A program made the translations under genes and the position numbers. From Bigelowiella natans CCMP2755 (lineage: Eukaryota; Protista; Cercozoa), in NCBI GenBank assembly GCA_000320545.1, contig ADNK01000446.1:1-49082 (forward strand): a DNA stretch of 49,082 nt. Reading direction: 5' to 3'. Shown here in pieces: positions 13,870-27,353 of this stretch (position 1 is its first letter; the number at the start of each line of letters is the position of its first letter). The notes beneath the pieces are model-generated. The model saw only the letters and a program-made list of their open reading frames with translations. It searched no databases and had not been told where the DNA came from.

Positions 13870-14558
13870 TCATCGGCCAAGAGAGAGGTTCGATGCTAGC
13901 ATTGCTCCATTTTCAAAATCTACGTCTCTAAATCTTGAGTTTTGGTTTTGATGCTGCAGCTCAGATGGGGAGGCGAGATGGCTCCAAGATTCATTTACAT
14001 TTACAGGGCTTGTCTGAGACTTACGTCTAATCAGATACTTGTAAAATTTCGGTATCGGCACTGGCGTATCATCGTCTTGAGAGGCTATGTCTCTCTGCGT
14101 ATTCGAAGATATGTCTACATTAACATCAAATACTTTCTCCCTCGATGGCTTAGAACCCTTTGGCGATGACATCTGCCGAAAGTGACGGAAGTGTCTTAGG
14201 GTTTGGGACTTTCGTCTAAGCTCTCTTTCAAGTTTATTGATCTCGGTGGCGAGCATGTTTTCCCGTAGCACTTGCCTCCTACGAACCACAACAGATACAT
14301 ATTCTTATTCGATCCAGGTGTAAGCGGAGTGTGAGCTACTACCGAAAGTGAGCTTCTATTTTGAGTTTCTTATTGTTGTTTTCTCTGTCCGCTGGAAGAG
14401 TCGGCCGTTGCCATATAGTGAGGGCGCAGCACGCCACAGTGAGGCACACCACGAAGAGGATTGCTAAGATGTGACAAAGCAGAAGTAAGTCAGTCTCTCT
14501 TCACACGAAGAACACTGACGATTCCTTGTCGCCTACCTGTGAGCAAGTGAACGGCCAT
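13870..14558 (-). CDS. Hypothetical protein with N-terminal signal/anchor and short coiled coil (3 exons; 3' end uncertain)
   Basis: Two GT-AG introns give MAVHLLTAILFVVCLTVACCALTIWQ...EAHFR, joining in frame to the 13870..14289 ORF (RQVLRENMLATEINKLERELRRK). No homology recognised. Confidence 0.6.
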
Positions 14559-15239
14559 GGTATGAGTAAAGAGAGATTGAGGAGAAGGGGTCTCACTCCC
14601 GGATGAGAGGACCGCCAATCAACAATCTCGTTTCCCGAGACTATGGCGTTCTTTGCAGTCGGACAATCACTCCAAACTAGTGTTCAGGAGCAACAAATCT
14701 ACTCCCCCACCATCTGGGATTTGATCGGGGGTTTGAAAATCAGAAATTACTCGCCCGCCTGCCTCGCCTCCCCCGGTGCAGGCAGAATGTATCTGTCTGG
14801 CTGATTGGGGTGCTATGCAGGTGGGTAATGACAGGGCATGCTAACGGCGGCGTTACGCCACGAGGGCCGGCATTACGGACAGTTTATTTCTGCGACAAGA
14901 ATATTTGGCATCAAGCGGCGTAAATTCCATGTGTTTGCCATTGCAGAGTAGTTGATTGGTCCCGAGAAGGAGAATGATGCAGGTTTCTCTCCTGCGTCTT
15001 GAAAGATTGAGCTTCTTCCAGTGGAAATCACCTACATGAAGGGTGCTTACGTTTCCAGAAACATGAGTGGGTTTTCTCTGTGTTAGACAAAAAATATAGG
15101 AAGCTTTCCGATGTGTTTTCCACCGGGATAGTTCAACGAAAAACCGGAAGGAAACCTTTAACGGGAACATTCCCCCCCCCCCCCTTTATCGAATTCGTAC
15201 CTGTGGAAACGTAATGTTCCGTGAGATCTTCCAAGATTG

Positions 15240-16841
15240 ATGGATCAGCAGTCATACACCGACAAAGGGATACCAGAGTGTTCGAGTGGCTTGAACCATG
15301 TCGCCCAGGTGAAGAGTATAACAAAAAATTCTCCAAGGTCAACACGAAGATCTGCGGTTGGCCAAAATGAGAACCCTACTCGAAGATCTAAACGGAAGAG
15401 GAAACGTCGAATATTTAATGATGTTGATTTTGAGCTCGAGATCACCTCGAAAGAAGAGGAAAGGATGATCAAACAAGCTCTTAAAAACTCTGTGGCGATG
15501 AAGAAAGTTTCAGTGATTGGGTTCAACTTCGATAACATCGAGCTCGTTCCGACACTTGAACCCAGCGAAGAAGAATTCAAGAATCCTATTCAATACATTC
15601 GATCTAAACACGCCCTCGGTCTAAAATTTGGAGCACTTCACATCAAGCCACCAAAATCATGGAATCCTGTCTTCGCGTTCAACCCTCACAAGTATCGCTT
15701 CGAAACCCGGAAGCAGACCGTGAACAAACTGCAACAAGGAGAGGGCTGGCCATCAGGAGGAAATTATTCGCTCGATGAATATCAAAGAATGGCGAATGGC
15801 TTTCGAGAAAGATACATCGGGAGAGCCGGCATCGGAAACAGCCTTCAGGACATAGAAAAACATTATTGGGATATCGTGAACGGCAAGCGTGGAGAAGTGG
15901 TTGTTGAGTACGGAAATGACATCGACACATCCAAGTCGGGGAGTGGTTTTTCCTCGGACGAGAAAAGCCCTTGGAATCTCACAAAAATCGCCCAGTCTCC
16001 AGACTGCCCCCTCAGCCTGTTCCAGCACGACATTAAAGGCGTTACCGTCCCTTGGTTATATTGTGGGATGATGTTTTCCTCATTTTGTTGGCACTGCGAA
16101 GATAACCACCTTGCCTCCATCAACTACGTGCACAAAGGCAGCCCAAAGGTCTGGTACGTAGCGCCGGCGAAGGATGCCGCGAAGCTTGAAAGCGTGATGA
16201 AGCAGCACCTTCCATGTTTGTTCGACTCGGAGCCCGACCTCATTCATAAGCTATGCACCACCATCGACCCATCCATGCTTCTAGCTGGCGATGTTCCGGT
16301 GAGAAAGGTTGTGCAGCGGGAGGGGACGTTCGTGGTGACATACCCTCGAGGATATCATAGTGGCTTCAACACAGGCTTCAACGTTGCGGAGGCGGTCAAC
16401 GTTGGCTACGATGAATGGTTCAGCTATGGCCGGAGATGTGCAAGGATGTATCGAATAGCCGGACGGCCGAGCGTCTTCTGTCACGACAAGCTGTTGTTGG
16501 ACTACGTGAACCATAAGAAGGGCAGAGTGTCAAATTCCGTCCTGGAAGAGCTAAGATTTATGATTAACTACCAGCGACGCTGGGATTACGACTTCCGTAT
16601 GAAGCGAATGAGACTAAATGCCCAGAGGCTGTTTGAGTACGATGACGAGAAGCATCAATGCCTGATCTGTCAGAACCATTGCTTTCTGGCGTACACTTCG
16701 TGTAGCTGCATTCCCGGCGCCAAGTTCTGTATGGAGCACACGGTTGGTCAATGTACGTGCCCGTTAGAGTGGAAGACTCTTCACCACAGCACTGTTTATC
16801 ACAAAATGTGTCGAGATTTAGACATCAAGTTCAAAATCTGA
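15240..16841 (+). CDS. KDM5: JmjN-JmjC-C5HC2 zinc-finger histone demethylase (KDM5/JARID1-like, no ARID/PHD), intronless
   Basis: JmjN PTLEPSEEEFKNPIQYI...IKPPKSW; VEYGND; GVTVPWLYCGMMFSSFCWHCEDNH (HxE); YPRGYHSGFNTGFNVAEAVN (distal His); C-terminal CLICQNHCFL...CSC...CMEH...CTC. Confidence 0.95.
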   Translation: MDQQSYTDKGIPECSSGLNHVAQVKSITKNSPRSTRRSAVGQNENPTRRSKRKRKRRIFNDVDFELEITSKEEERMIKQALKNSVAMKKVSVIGFNFDNIELVPTLEPSEEEFKNPIQYIRSKHALGLKFGALHIKPPKSWNPVFAFNPHKYRFETRKQTVNKLQQGEGWPSGGNYSLDEYQRMANGFRERYIGRAGIGNSLQDIEKHYWDIVNGKRGEVVVEYGNDIDTSKSGSGFSSDEKSPWNLTKIAQSPDCPLSLFQHDIKGVTVPWLYCGMMFSSFCWHCEDNHLASINYVHKGSPKVWYVAPAKDAAKLESVMKQHLPCLFDSEPDLIHKLCTTIDPSMLLAGDVPVRKVVQREGTFVVTYPRGYHSGFNTGFNVAEAVNVGYDEWFSYGRRCARMYRIAGRPSVFCHDKLLLDYVNHKKGRVSNSVLEELRFMINYQRRWDYDFRMKRMRLNAQRLFEYDDEKHQCLICQNHCFLAYTSCSCIPGAKFCMEHTVGQCTCPLEWKTLHHSTVYHKMCRDLDIKFKI

Positions 16842-17134
16842 AGAATGAAAACGTGGTTTGTAATTATAAGAGGAGGTCGATTAGTTAGGTAGCTGCAGCG
16901 ACACAGACAGCTATTCTGTATTATTTCGAGCCACGCATTAGTACAATACCCTCCGCTAAAAGTTTAATAATGTATCGTAGTAAAATCACTGTCTCTTACA
17001 AACAAATTGTGAACATTTAAGTACGTTCTCATTACGAACGTACAATGCATGAATACGCATTTATGTAACATATGTGCAAAGGCATGATGTACGATACGTA
17101 CACATTAGACCACATTTGCTATAAAAGATTATGC

Positions 17135-17174
<40 letters not shown>

Positions 17175-18654
17175 GCGTGTGTGAGAGAGAGCGCGAGAGC
17201 AGAGAGAGAGAGAGAGAGCATTGTATTTTCATCATGCAAAGAGCGCGCCGCGCATGCATGCGCGGTGGATCGGGGTAGCGCTTGCACGGATGCGAATCGA
17301 AATAAACACGCCACGCTGCACAAGCGCAACAAAAATGCGGACATGATGAACACGCTACGCTACGTATGTTGTTGAGCAGAGGGCGAGCGCTGCACGTAGT
17401 ATGTACTTACGTAATGCACAATCAATTCACTGTATGTGCTTGATAGCTAGTGCTAGAGTGGTTCAATTCTGCCACTGCTGCCGCAGTACTTTAGTGGTGT
17501 TGAGTGTTGAGACCACAATGTGCGGGCTACGTTTTCATGAGAACTGAGCGGAAGTTTTGCAATAGAAAACGATCGCAAAATCATCACGGGACGCCGGGAA
17601 AACATCCTACGTGAGTATGGGACACAAATACCGAAACCGTGTGGCTACTGATGTGCAGCAAAAGGTTTCAACAAAACAGAGGTACCTAAAAAGCGCCGAT
17701 GGTTGTCTTTTAGGAGGCCGCGTGGCTGGGCGGAACTCATCAATCTTTTTTCCCGGTCCTAGGCTGTGAGCACTGCTGTCGCTCGAATGCAGTCTCCTCG
17801 TTCTCTCCCGACATCTGATTGGACACGCTTTTGAGACGTGAAAGCGAAACGATTTCGCTTTTACGGTCGATGCACCATCATCCTGATGGCAATTAAGGTT
17901 TAGATTATCGGTTTGCAGACAGAAGCGAGATGCTTACAGTGCCTGCAGAAGCAGAGTCAGACGAGAAGAGCCCCGCCCGGGGCAAGGAAGACAGCTTGCT
18001 GCCAGAATTCGGATATTATCAAGTACTTGCAATTAGATCTCAACCTCCGGCCGCGTCTACGGTCGTAGGGAGTTCCTCAGGCGTTTTGCGCTTGCGACTG
18101 AGCAAACATCGCAAGCATGAGAGGCTCCATCGTCCTGCCGATGTACTTTCCGTTGGGTTTATAGGAATAAATCCCGACGGAAACTATCCAATTGAGAACG
18201 GACGAGCGATCGATGATGAAACTAAATCTAGATCTACCCAAACCATTTATCAACTGCCTTCCTGAGCAAGTAGGCCGCTTTTTTCTTTTTTTATTGAGTG
18301 GAGGCGGAACGGCCTGCATCGAGGTGTTGTCGCAACCAAAAAATCCCGTTCTCATTGCAAACCCTAAAGGGCTCTTGGCGTGTGTGGAGTACCGCCCCTC
18401 CCCTTCGCCACCATGCCGATACAAAGATTTGACCTCCTAAAGCGGTAGATTCTTCGGGTTAACGGGACCCGCTAACCACAATGTGAATTTTCATGCGATA
18501 GGGGGCGTCATCGTGATTGAATATTGCTTCGGGGGGGCTTATTTCGAAATGCATTTTGCCATGTGTCATCGATCTGTGGTATTCATTCCAACATGCTTGG
18601 AAGCGGATTACATGAATACCATGGCCTTTTCCATACAATTTCGATAATTTATCT

Positions 18655-21156
18655 ATGTATCGAATAGAGACTAAGCATTCAAATAGGTCACACATATCGT
18701 GTTGAAACGAAATGCATCAACATTCTTGCATGCGACGTGACACGTTGACACATTCCTCAGAGGATTTCAACGAAACTTTCTCGTCATTTCACTTGGCACG
18801 CTTCTCGCCCTGGCAACCGTTGCGTTCGTGGGAAAGAGAAATCAAAATGTTGGAAGCTCCCTCCGAGCTGCACGACGCACACTTCTGCATCATCCAAGAA
18901 CACAAAGTCTTTCTTCCCGGTTGAGCGCTCCAAATTTCCAGTTTAAGAGGTATCCATCTCTTCGTCGCCAAGGTCGATTCCACATTAATTTGAAAAAGCT
19001 TTTTAATGTGGACTGTGAAAGTCTCTTCTAATGCTTCAAATACTTGTGACATTTGAGATCCATAGCGTATTTAGCGTATTTATCGCATTATTCTTAGTCG
19101 ACCTTCGCGCTGAGGAGACCACTGTCGTTGACAAACCCAAGACAGAGGAAGGAGAAAACGTTCCCACAGAACAGAAGGAGGTGTGGATCTTCTTCTTTAA
19201 TTTCATTATCTACTTTACAGCACATGAAACGATATTTTCAGTGATGAAAGTGGCAAGTTATCGGTCCGACTTACTATTTGTGTGATGTTTCGTCGTTCGA
19301 ATCTCTAGGCCACCAGTATTGCTGCTGCAACCGACACCGCCTCCACGGGAAGTAGCAGCACAATGTCGGCTCTTGAGGGGATGTTAGGGGTGCAGGATGA
19401 AAGTGAGGGCACGATTGCAAAGACCACTAGGAATGCCGCTGACGAAACGAAAGCTCAACATGCGCTGGATCTTCTAAGTGGCTGGTTCGGTCCCGATGAA
19501 ATCGAGCTGGAGAAGCAGAAAGAGCAAGAACGCCAAGATGCCGAAAGGGAGGAGAGGCAGAAACTTGATGATGAAAGGGAACAACAGAGGCGCTCCACAG
19601 TTGTGTCAATAACGACGACGGGCGACGAGAAGATGCCAGACGAGGTGATGCGAGTTCTTGGTTTGGGCCGAGGAGGAAACACGACTGATGGCATGCGATC
19701 AGAGATGGCTGAAAGCCTTTTAGAGGATTTGAAGGAACGTGCAAAGAACGGTGACGAAAAAGACCGCGAGCTTATGGAGGCTGTCACCAGCTTCCTCCAG
19801 ACCGCGCAGAAGTATCAGTCCCTCAACGTGTCCGAAAACGAGCTCAGGAATGACTTCGTCAACCTCCTCGACAAGCTTCAACCAGAAAATCGCGTGGAGA
19901 TCGAAGACATGAAGCGCATTCAGAAAGAAATTCTAGGGCCAAAGACCTTCTTCGTGACATCCTCGGACGACGCGGCCAAGTTCGACGGGATCTTCGGCCT
20001 TCGCGACACTGGATACGTTTTCTGTGGCAACTTCCGCGGGGACCAAAGGAAGGTTTTCGCTGATATCGAGACGAAGGTGAAGGCCATCTTCGAAGACAAG
20101 TACGAGGTGCTTCTGATTCCAGATCCTGAGCTAGAAGTGGATCCTTTCTACGACGGCGACCAAGGCTTTACAAAGGCCGCATTGCAGGTTGTACCTGCTG
20201 AGCAGGCTCAACCTGAGCAGGAAGCTCCATGGTCGCCCCTTCTCGCGGTGGCTCTCTTTGGATTTACGGCGTTTGGAGCCCTGCAGCTGGGGGGGCAGGC
20301 TGCGAGTATTCAACTTCCGGAAGAAACCGTAAAATGGCTTTCGAACCCTGATAACTTCAAATCGTACGATCCCAACATGATCCCTCCGGGAGTACTGGAG
20401 TGGGACCCGAGCGGCTTCTTGGGCAGTGTTGCCCAGGTAGGTGGCGGTGCACTGGCGGTATCGTTCATGCACGAGATCGGGCATAGGATCTCCGCCGGAC
20501 TTCGAAAAGTGAAGCTCGGGACTCCTTTCTTGCTTCCGATTGGAAACCTCCCCACCTCGTTCGGGAACATTACGCCGATCAGGTCGATGGTGAAAACCAA
20601 CGAGGACCTTTTCGACATCGCTGCTGCGGGCCCATTGAGCGGGCTTATCATGGGAAGTATCATTTTCGTTGCTGGTCTAGTGCTCACCGGCCAAACGCCC
20701 AAGGAGGCCTTGGTTGCGATCCCATACCCTTTCGTGCAACAGTCGCTCCTTCTCGGCACAGTTGTCAAGGCGGCGCTCGGGGTCGGAGACGGTGCCTTAG
20801 TGAGTGATGCGTTGCTTGTGCATCCTTTGGTGGTTGCAGGATGGGTGGGCCTGATAGCTCAGGCATTCAACTCACTTCCAGTAGGTGCCTTAGATGGGGG
20901 ACGGATGGTGCAGGCCACTTTCGGATCGGGGCCTCTGGGATTCACCTCATTACTTACATACGGTGCGCTAGGGTTTGGCCTCCTTGGAGGTCCAGTGGAT
21001 GGCTTATTGTTTGGCCTCTACCTTCTCTTTCTCCAGCGTAATCCGGAGAGATACATCCAAGATACGGTCACACTGGCTGACGACCAGACCCGACGAGCAA
21101 TAAATCTCTTCTTGGTAATTTTCGCTGCCTTGGTTCTTACGCCTCTGGGCAATTAG
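18655..21156 (+). CDS. EGY-type site-2 (M50) zinc metalloprotease, plastid-targeted, 4 exons
   Basis: HEIGH (HExxH), DIAAAGP and FNSLPVGALDGG (NxxPxxxLDG) motifs with multiple TM segments. Upstream exons splice to MYRIETKHSNRGFQRNFLVISLGTLLALATVAFVG plus an Arg/Ser-rich transit peptide. Confidence 0.9.
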
Positions 21157-22117
21157 ATACGTTTGTGACAGCGCGACAGATATTATATTCTCGAGGCACT
21201 TTCGTTATAGCATGTTGCAAAAGTAGTAAGTTTGGTAGAATCGATATTGTTCTTCTACTTGCAAGCAATAAATGCAGTCATCATTTCCAAAAAATACCAA
21301 TCAGTAATTAGAAATCCAAAAAGAACCCATAGTGTCCATAATAAGGTTATAATCTTAAAATGAAAGTAACCTAATATTGTATGAATCACGGAGCGCCATC
21401 TCATCCTTGCGCAATTACTGTGATGCACAAGCTAAGACGCCATGTTCTACAAAATTAAATCATCATGTCTGGCTTTGTAGCATAGCTAGATAGCGTGCGT
21501 GCAAGACGTCAATATATCTTGTTTACCTAATAGACACAGAATCAGCTATAATGAACAGATTTCTTGGGCACATTAGATACTACGCACAGACAAGCTGCGT
21601 GCAGTTCCTGCACTCTACTAGTCTGGCACTGTTTGCGCCGCGCATTCAGTAAACAAGGCTGGTGCACATATATCGCAGCAGCTAGCTATTATTATATTAT
21701 ACTATGCTAGTATGTATCGAGAGTTACTAGCATTTACTTAGCCCTTAGATGTAGCCTTGTATACTTGCACGCACGCTGGTAGGCATTTGTCTAGAAACAG
21801 CGGCTTGGCACTAATCCATCTAGCTACATGTTACGCAGCGCATGCTGTCATAGCTATCTTAATGAGCCAGCTAGCCAGGTTATTTGTGCATATTGGTAAT
21901 CGAATGCATAATCTATGATGCTATCTACTTTATGGAACTGTAGAACTAGCTTGTTAGGTATATTTCGCATGTGTGGTACGACAAGCACTGTATCACCTCC
22001 AATATGATGAAAAGGTAATAGCTCTGCTCGACTGTATGTGCTCGCTTGTTGGGTGGCGGCTCGGATGCTATAAAAACTTAGTTGGTGATACAATTCCATC
22101 CTGATCACTCACTTCAC

Positions 22118-23616
22118 TCACCAGAAGGAGCAGATTCCCTCGCAGTGCTGGCGGTAGGCCTCAAAAGCCCCAGTTTTCACATTCATGAGAGTAGTATATG
22201 TAGTGAGCTTGTTCAGATTTGGTTTTGCAGACAAGACGTTATATAGGCCTAGCAAATATTAAATATAAATTATTCTCAGTCATATATTACATGATAGGAA
22301 AATGACATATTCTACCTGTGAACCCGTTAATACCCTTCGGGGTGAGCTGATTCAGGCATTCTTTGGCAGGATTCCGCCGATCGTCAAAGAATGGTGCCGG
22401 CTTCCAGTTGTCGTAATTGGTTTCGAGAACGAAGAATGAGCCTTTCTGAAGTTCGTCAGCGAGAGACATTACATCAATGGTTGCTTGCTCCTTTGTAATT
22501 ACAGCGCCTTCACCGGAGTTCATGCCCCCGATTATAATATACGACGGTCCAATCATAGTTGTGGTGTTCAAAAAATTGAAAGCCTGCAGAAAAGCAAATG
22601 TCATGCTGCAACAGGGTGAATGGGTTCTGAATTTTGGTACCTGGATGTAATTTGTTATTGATGGGTCTTCAAAGGTTTTTCGAACAGTGAAAGTGAGCTC
22701 CTGATGCTTATGATCGCCCAAAAGCCACTTGATGAGCCCTACATACAGTGTTGAAATGGGATCATATCAGCGTTGTTAAGGCATAGAGATTAAGAAATTC
22801 AGGAGTTTCCAACTGGAATCTCTTTCTTAGCAATAGCATTGATTGAGGGACATTTCTTACTCTTGATTTAGAAAACAGTGCATTTGATTTTGAATTACTA
22901 TTACCGATATCAAACTTGTTGTCAAAACGAGAATCTACACTGATGGAGAAGCCCCCTTTCTTCAGTCCAGTGATAACTCCTGCAAATCCCGCATACGAGG
23001 TACTCTTGTACAGCGTTTTGCCCCCTTTCTGAACGTCCACATTCACGACCAAAGGACGCAGAGCTTCCGTCATCGTCCACTGCAAGTGCTTGAAGTCGAA
23101 AGCTGGAAACAACCCGAAGTCGAGATTTCTCCCATGCCAGACTTCTCCTGCATCATCCTGAATAACCATAGAAGTGCAGAGACCCCAGACTTCGTATGCC
23201 ATATTGAGTATGAAAAGATCGGCTCTGGGTATTCCGGTTGCTTCACTCATTCCTTTAATCTCGCGGCCGTAGTCATTGGGAAGTGCTCTGAGCTCTAAGT
23301 CAACCATAAACTCCAGTAGAGCACTTGTGGAATTCCACCTCTTCTCTCCAATAATCTTCTGGATCGAATTGATCACTACATCGACAAGGCGTTGGATTTG
23401 CTTTGCTTTGGGCTTCACCAGACCCGTCCAACGCTGTTCCGCAGGTAAATCGAGATTTAGCGTGAACCATTCGACAGTTTTGTTCTCCCCTGTTGGCAAA
23501 ACTTTTTCGGTAGGTGGATAGAGAGGTTGAATCTTGCACTTGGCATAATCCTTTGCGGAGGAAAGCGGAGCAAGAAGTAGCAAAGCGACGGCTTGCACGA
23601 GGTGAGGAAGGGTCAT
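22118..23616 (-). CDS. ASAH1: Acid ceramidase / NAAA-family Ntn hydrolase, 4 exons
   Basis: Signal peptide, LNLDLPAEQRW, catalytic GLCTSMV, HGRNLDFG, LETNYDNWKPAPFFDDRR, last exon LYNVLSAKPNLNKLTTYTTLM...CEGICSFW*. Confidence 0.93.
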
Positions 23617-24190
23617 GATTGCAAGGGGTAATGATGGAAGCGGACTCGATTACCTTACCTCGAAAATATTTTTAATGTCGCATATGAAAAACCCCCTGAC
23701 ATTCACAAGGAAGAGCCCTAAGTACCGTACTCTAATTTTAGTATCCTAGTTAATCCGGAGAAAACTCCTAAAAACAACCTACCGTGTACGTGTCGATCAG
23801 CAAAAATCTGCAGCGGAACAAATATTAAGGTTGAACGGCATGAGCGTCAACCCAATTCGACTGCCAGAAGTACTTTCTCCCCTTACAAACCAGCGATGGG
23901 CTCGCATTTATCCGACACGTATCGCCCAGATTTTTTCTTTCAAAAAATATTCTGCGTCATGAGATTAGGAAAGACGTAGGATAAAATTGCCTTTTGTTTG
24001 TGGTCCTGTGTACGCGAGGATCACACGTAGGCGCGTCCTGTGCTGCCTCGTCCGGAGCCAGGCCACCCGTCGATCTTGCGCGACTTCCGATTGATAGTTT
24101 CTATCCGCCCCTCACCAATTCAATCTTCCTGGTCTTGGGGAGCGAAATTATCGATTCAATCTTGGCAACGGAAAGATTTGTTGGAGGAAA

Positions 24191-24959
24191 ATGGATGCGA
24201 TAATCGCCGGAGATATTACGAGTCATATCACCTCAGATTCAGGTTTAGGAACAGTGACTTGTGTGCGACGAAATAAAGACTAAAGCACCACTCGTGTTTC
24301 TTGCAGATTCGAAAGTCCTGCCTCCGTACTACATATGGATTTGTTTGAGTTTCACAATATTCATTTTGGGAGGAATCCTGGGCGGAATCTACGTTTCCAT
24401 CTGCAGTAGCAGAAGAGTTCGAAGGAAATATTCGTGGTGCCTCCTCTGTGACAAGAAAAGGTATGCATCAATTCTATATTTTTCGATTCACCAGGGAATG
24501 ACACGCTGTGTGACAACAACGCTCTCAGGACGATTTCGATTTCGGAAATTCGACAAGAAACATACAATTCGTTCCTAGATGTTACACCCGCTGAGCAGGT
24601 ATTTTCGTCGAGGCATCCCATCCCTCCGTTACGATTCCTTACAAATTTCGAACTACGTTTCAGATCGTTCTTAGTATATTTCACAAGCGCAATGCTCAGA
24701 AGAATAACAGCAACGAAGATGACACGAGAGATTGGCTACCGCTTCCCGGGGGCATTAAATCTATCGAGTCCTGCCCCAATATATACGGCACATCGGTGAG
24801 AATGGGGAAACCTTCTGAAATTTTCCATAATGCGTGACTTACGATACTTTTATTTTGGTATTTAGTTCGAAAGCCACAATTTGCACATCCCTCATCCCAT
24901 TCATTCGAAACCGAAGCGATCTGCCTCTGCCTCAATAGTTCCCGTTAGAGATACTTTGA
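24191..24959 (+). CDS. Possible small single-pass membrane protein (both ends uncertain)
   Basis: Spliceable exons include the TM-like YYIWICLSFTIFILGGILGGIYVSIC followed by a basic SRRVRRK stop-transfer segment; plausible GT-AG sites. Confidence 0.4.
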
Positions 24960-26441
24960 TGATTATAAATGAGGACACTGAAGAAGATGAAGAAGATAGA
25001 GAAGATCTTTTTTTGTGAAATAAGGCCAAAAAATGAATGTCTACTTAGAAATTTAGTGAAGAAGGAGAACCTTGGAAAACCAAAATTCTAACCAAGAAGA
25101 ACCTGTAAAATTATTATTAAACACTTATCTTTATTGTTCCTGTAAACACTTTTGAACAAGTATTATAGACTAGACACGTAAGTCTTTATTGTTAGTATAA
25201 TATCCCAAAGTGGGATTTACATATTGAGAAGAATCGTGTGATCATGAGTATCGTTTTAAGTGTGCTGAAACGCTCTCTAACATTGCTCCCCTTTATTTCA
25301 AACTCAAATTTAATAAATGACGCACATACATGCATTTACGTATCTAGTTGAGTTGTGCGGTTCGCGCAATGCTACCCCGTCATGGCGACCTGGTGTAGTG
25401 TGTACATGGATAAAGCTTATAGACATGTGCCATTATTGCATGATGAAAGCTACACTCCACTCCACAGACTAAAAACATCTCTCTCCTCTTAGCTCGCAAT
25501 TAATATTTGCAAAACTCACACATGTACGTACACGCACTATCCAGCACGTACAGTGTCAGGATAACAAATGAAATGCAGTGTTCATAGACCGCGCGCTTCG
25601 TTCGTATACGTAATCGCGTAACGACATGACACAATCGTGACGATGGATTATAGCGATGTCCCGGTCCGATGCCCAACAAAACTAGGCTACATGTGTGGTT
25701 TGCACATGAAGTGCCAACACCAACACTAGCTGTGCGGTGACAGACAAAAACAGGCAACTCTAGAACTGTTCTAGAGTTGACGCTGCCATCAAAAAACTGC
25801 CCGCGATCATGTGCATTGGCTGCGTGCGTGCGTGCGTACACTTAGATTGTGGATTCTGTCTGCCACATGCAAGGCCCCATCCTTTCCAGCTCATACTATA
25901 TTCATGACGCAGAGCTGCCACATGTGCAGGCAGCAACTAGTAGTATGTTGTGCCCTCTGATAACCACTTGGTTTCTGAATAGACATATAGACATGCACGC
26001 TTATATCTGCTATTTACGTTGTACATGTTGCAGTATACCCATGTGTCAAGTAGAGTTCGATGTAACCCCACCCTACGTAAGTTTTACGGCCAGAGTAATG
26101 AACATATCGCTCACAAATAAATGCAGCTATCATCATCACTACCACCATTCCATGGCGGCGGACCAGAGGGCTACAATACGTACGTACGTTACAATTTGCC
26201 TTCATGACGCTTCACCATAAAAACATTCAATTTGTGACAATTAGTGACAAACACATGACTCGAAGGCAATTAAAACCACCACAGAAATATCGTCTATTGT
26301 ACGCATAACCACTACTGTGTCGCTTGATCGCAATTATCATTTTTCTTAAATAGCGTTTGCATGCATGCAAGATTAGTACTGCAAGTGCTCTGGCAGAAGA
26401 ACTTCGAACAAGTTGCCGGAGACTTCAGATGTGGAAGTTGC

Positions 26442-27353
26442 TCAATCCTTCACTCCTTCAGCAGTTTTTGGAGAGGGTGGTGCAGGTGCCAACTTCATCT
26501 CTGGTGGCGGCGCAGGGATGTTCTCTAACCGTGTCGTCTTTACGTCGGTCTTCATCCTGAAATAGAAAGGAATTCTTAGGTTCGAAAAGATTAAGGAATG
26601 GCGACGTAAGGATGAACCTTGATTGCCCTTTTGGTTTTTCATTTTTTGGACGTGGAGGTGGAGGGGGCGGTGTCTTTCCTCGGGGTGGTGGAGAGGGAGG
26701 CGTAAAATCTCTTGGTGGAGGGGGAGCTGGAAGGCGACCATCAATAACTGTATCCTTTGAGATGACATCGTCAACAAAAATTGGCCCTTTGCTCCCCGTA
26801 ATCAAGCGTCGGAGGAAGGACGAGAACGGGGAATCGGCTTCTAAATAGAAAGAATTCACTGTTGAATCGCAATAGAGATGTAAATTTCATGACGAAGCAT
26901 ACCTCCATCAGCAGCACTGGACGATCGCGCATTCGCGAGAAAGATGAGATTCATGAGGGCTACTACCCCTAGGAACTCCCTCCGTTCAATCCTCCTTCTT
27001 TGAGCATAATTTTCTAATGGAGGTGTAGCCCAATAGTCTGAAATATCTCGAGAAGCACAATAGGGCACCAGCTGGTGTCGAGACTTTCGGTACAACGGCG
27101 TCGCCTGCGTGCTCCTCCTCCTCCTCCTCCTCCTCCTCCACCTCGTCCTTACATGTGATAGAGTAGCATGGTTGTGGACGCTTGAGAGCGACAGCGATGG
27201 CGACGATTGCCTTGATAGCGAAGATAATGGTGGAGTGTGATGGCCGATATGGTGAGATGATCCCAAAAGCGCAGGAGATCGGATCAAAGGCGAGGGGTAA
27301 CAGGGGGGGATAGGGGCGAAGAGCAGCAGGGCAAGCAGGACGCTCCCGCCCAT
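26442..27353 (-). CDS. Proline-rich putative thylakoid-lumen protein with tripartite targeting (3 exons)
   Basis: MGGSVLLALLLFAPIPPCYP (signal), Ser/Arg-rich transit peptide, then ERREFLGVVALMNLIFLANARSSSA|AD (twin-Arg signal). Two GT-AG introns join in frame to a PPPP-rich mature part ending ...APAPPSPKTAEGVKD*. Confidence 0.7.

Noticed and set aside
17530-18440. Possible small gene around ORF 17930..18265
   Set aside because: Splice-like sites exist but I could not build a consistent model or recognise a product.
19427-20768. Antisense ORFs within the EGY, JmjC and pol coding regions
   Set aside because: Shadow frames of real coding sequence.
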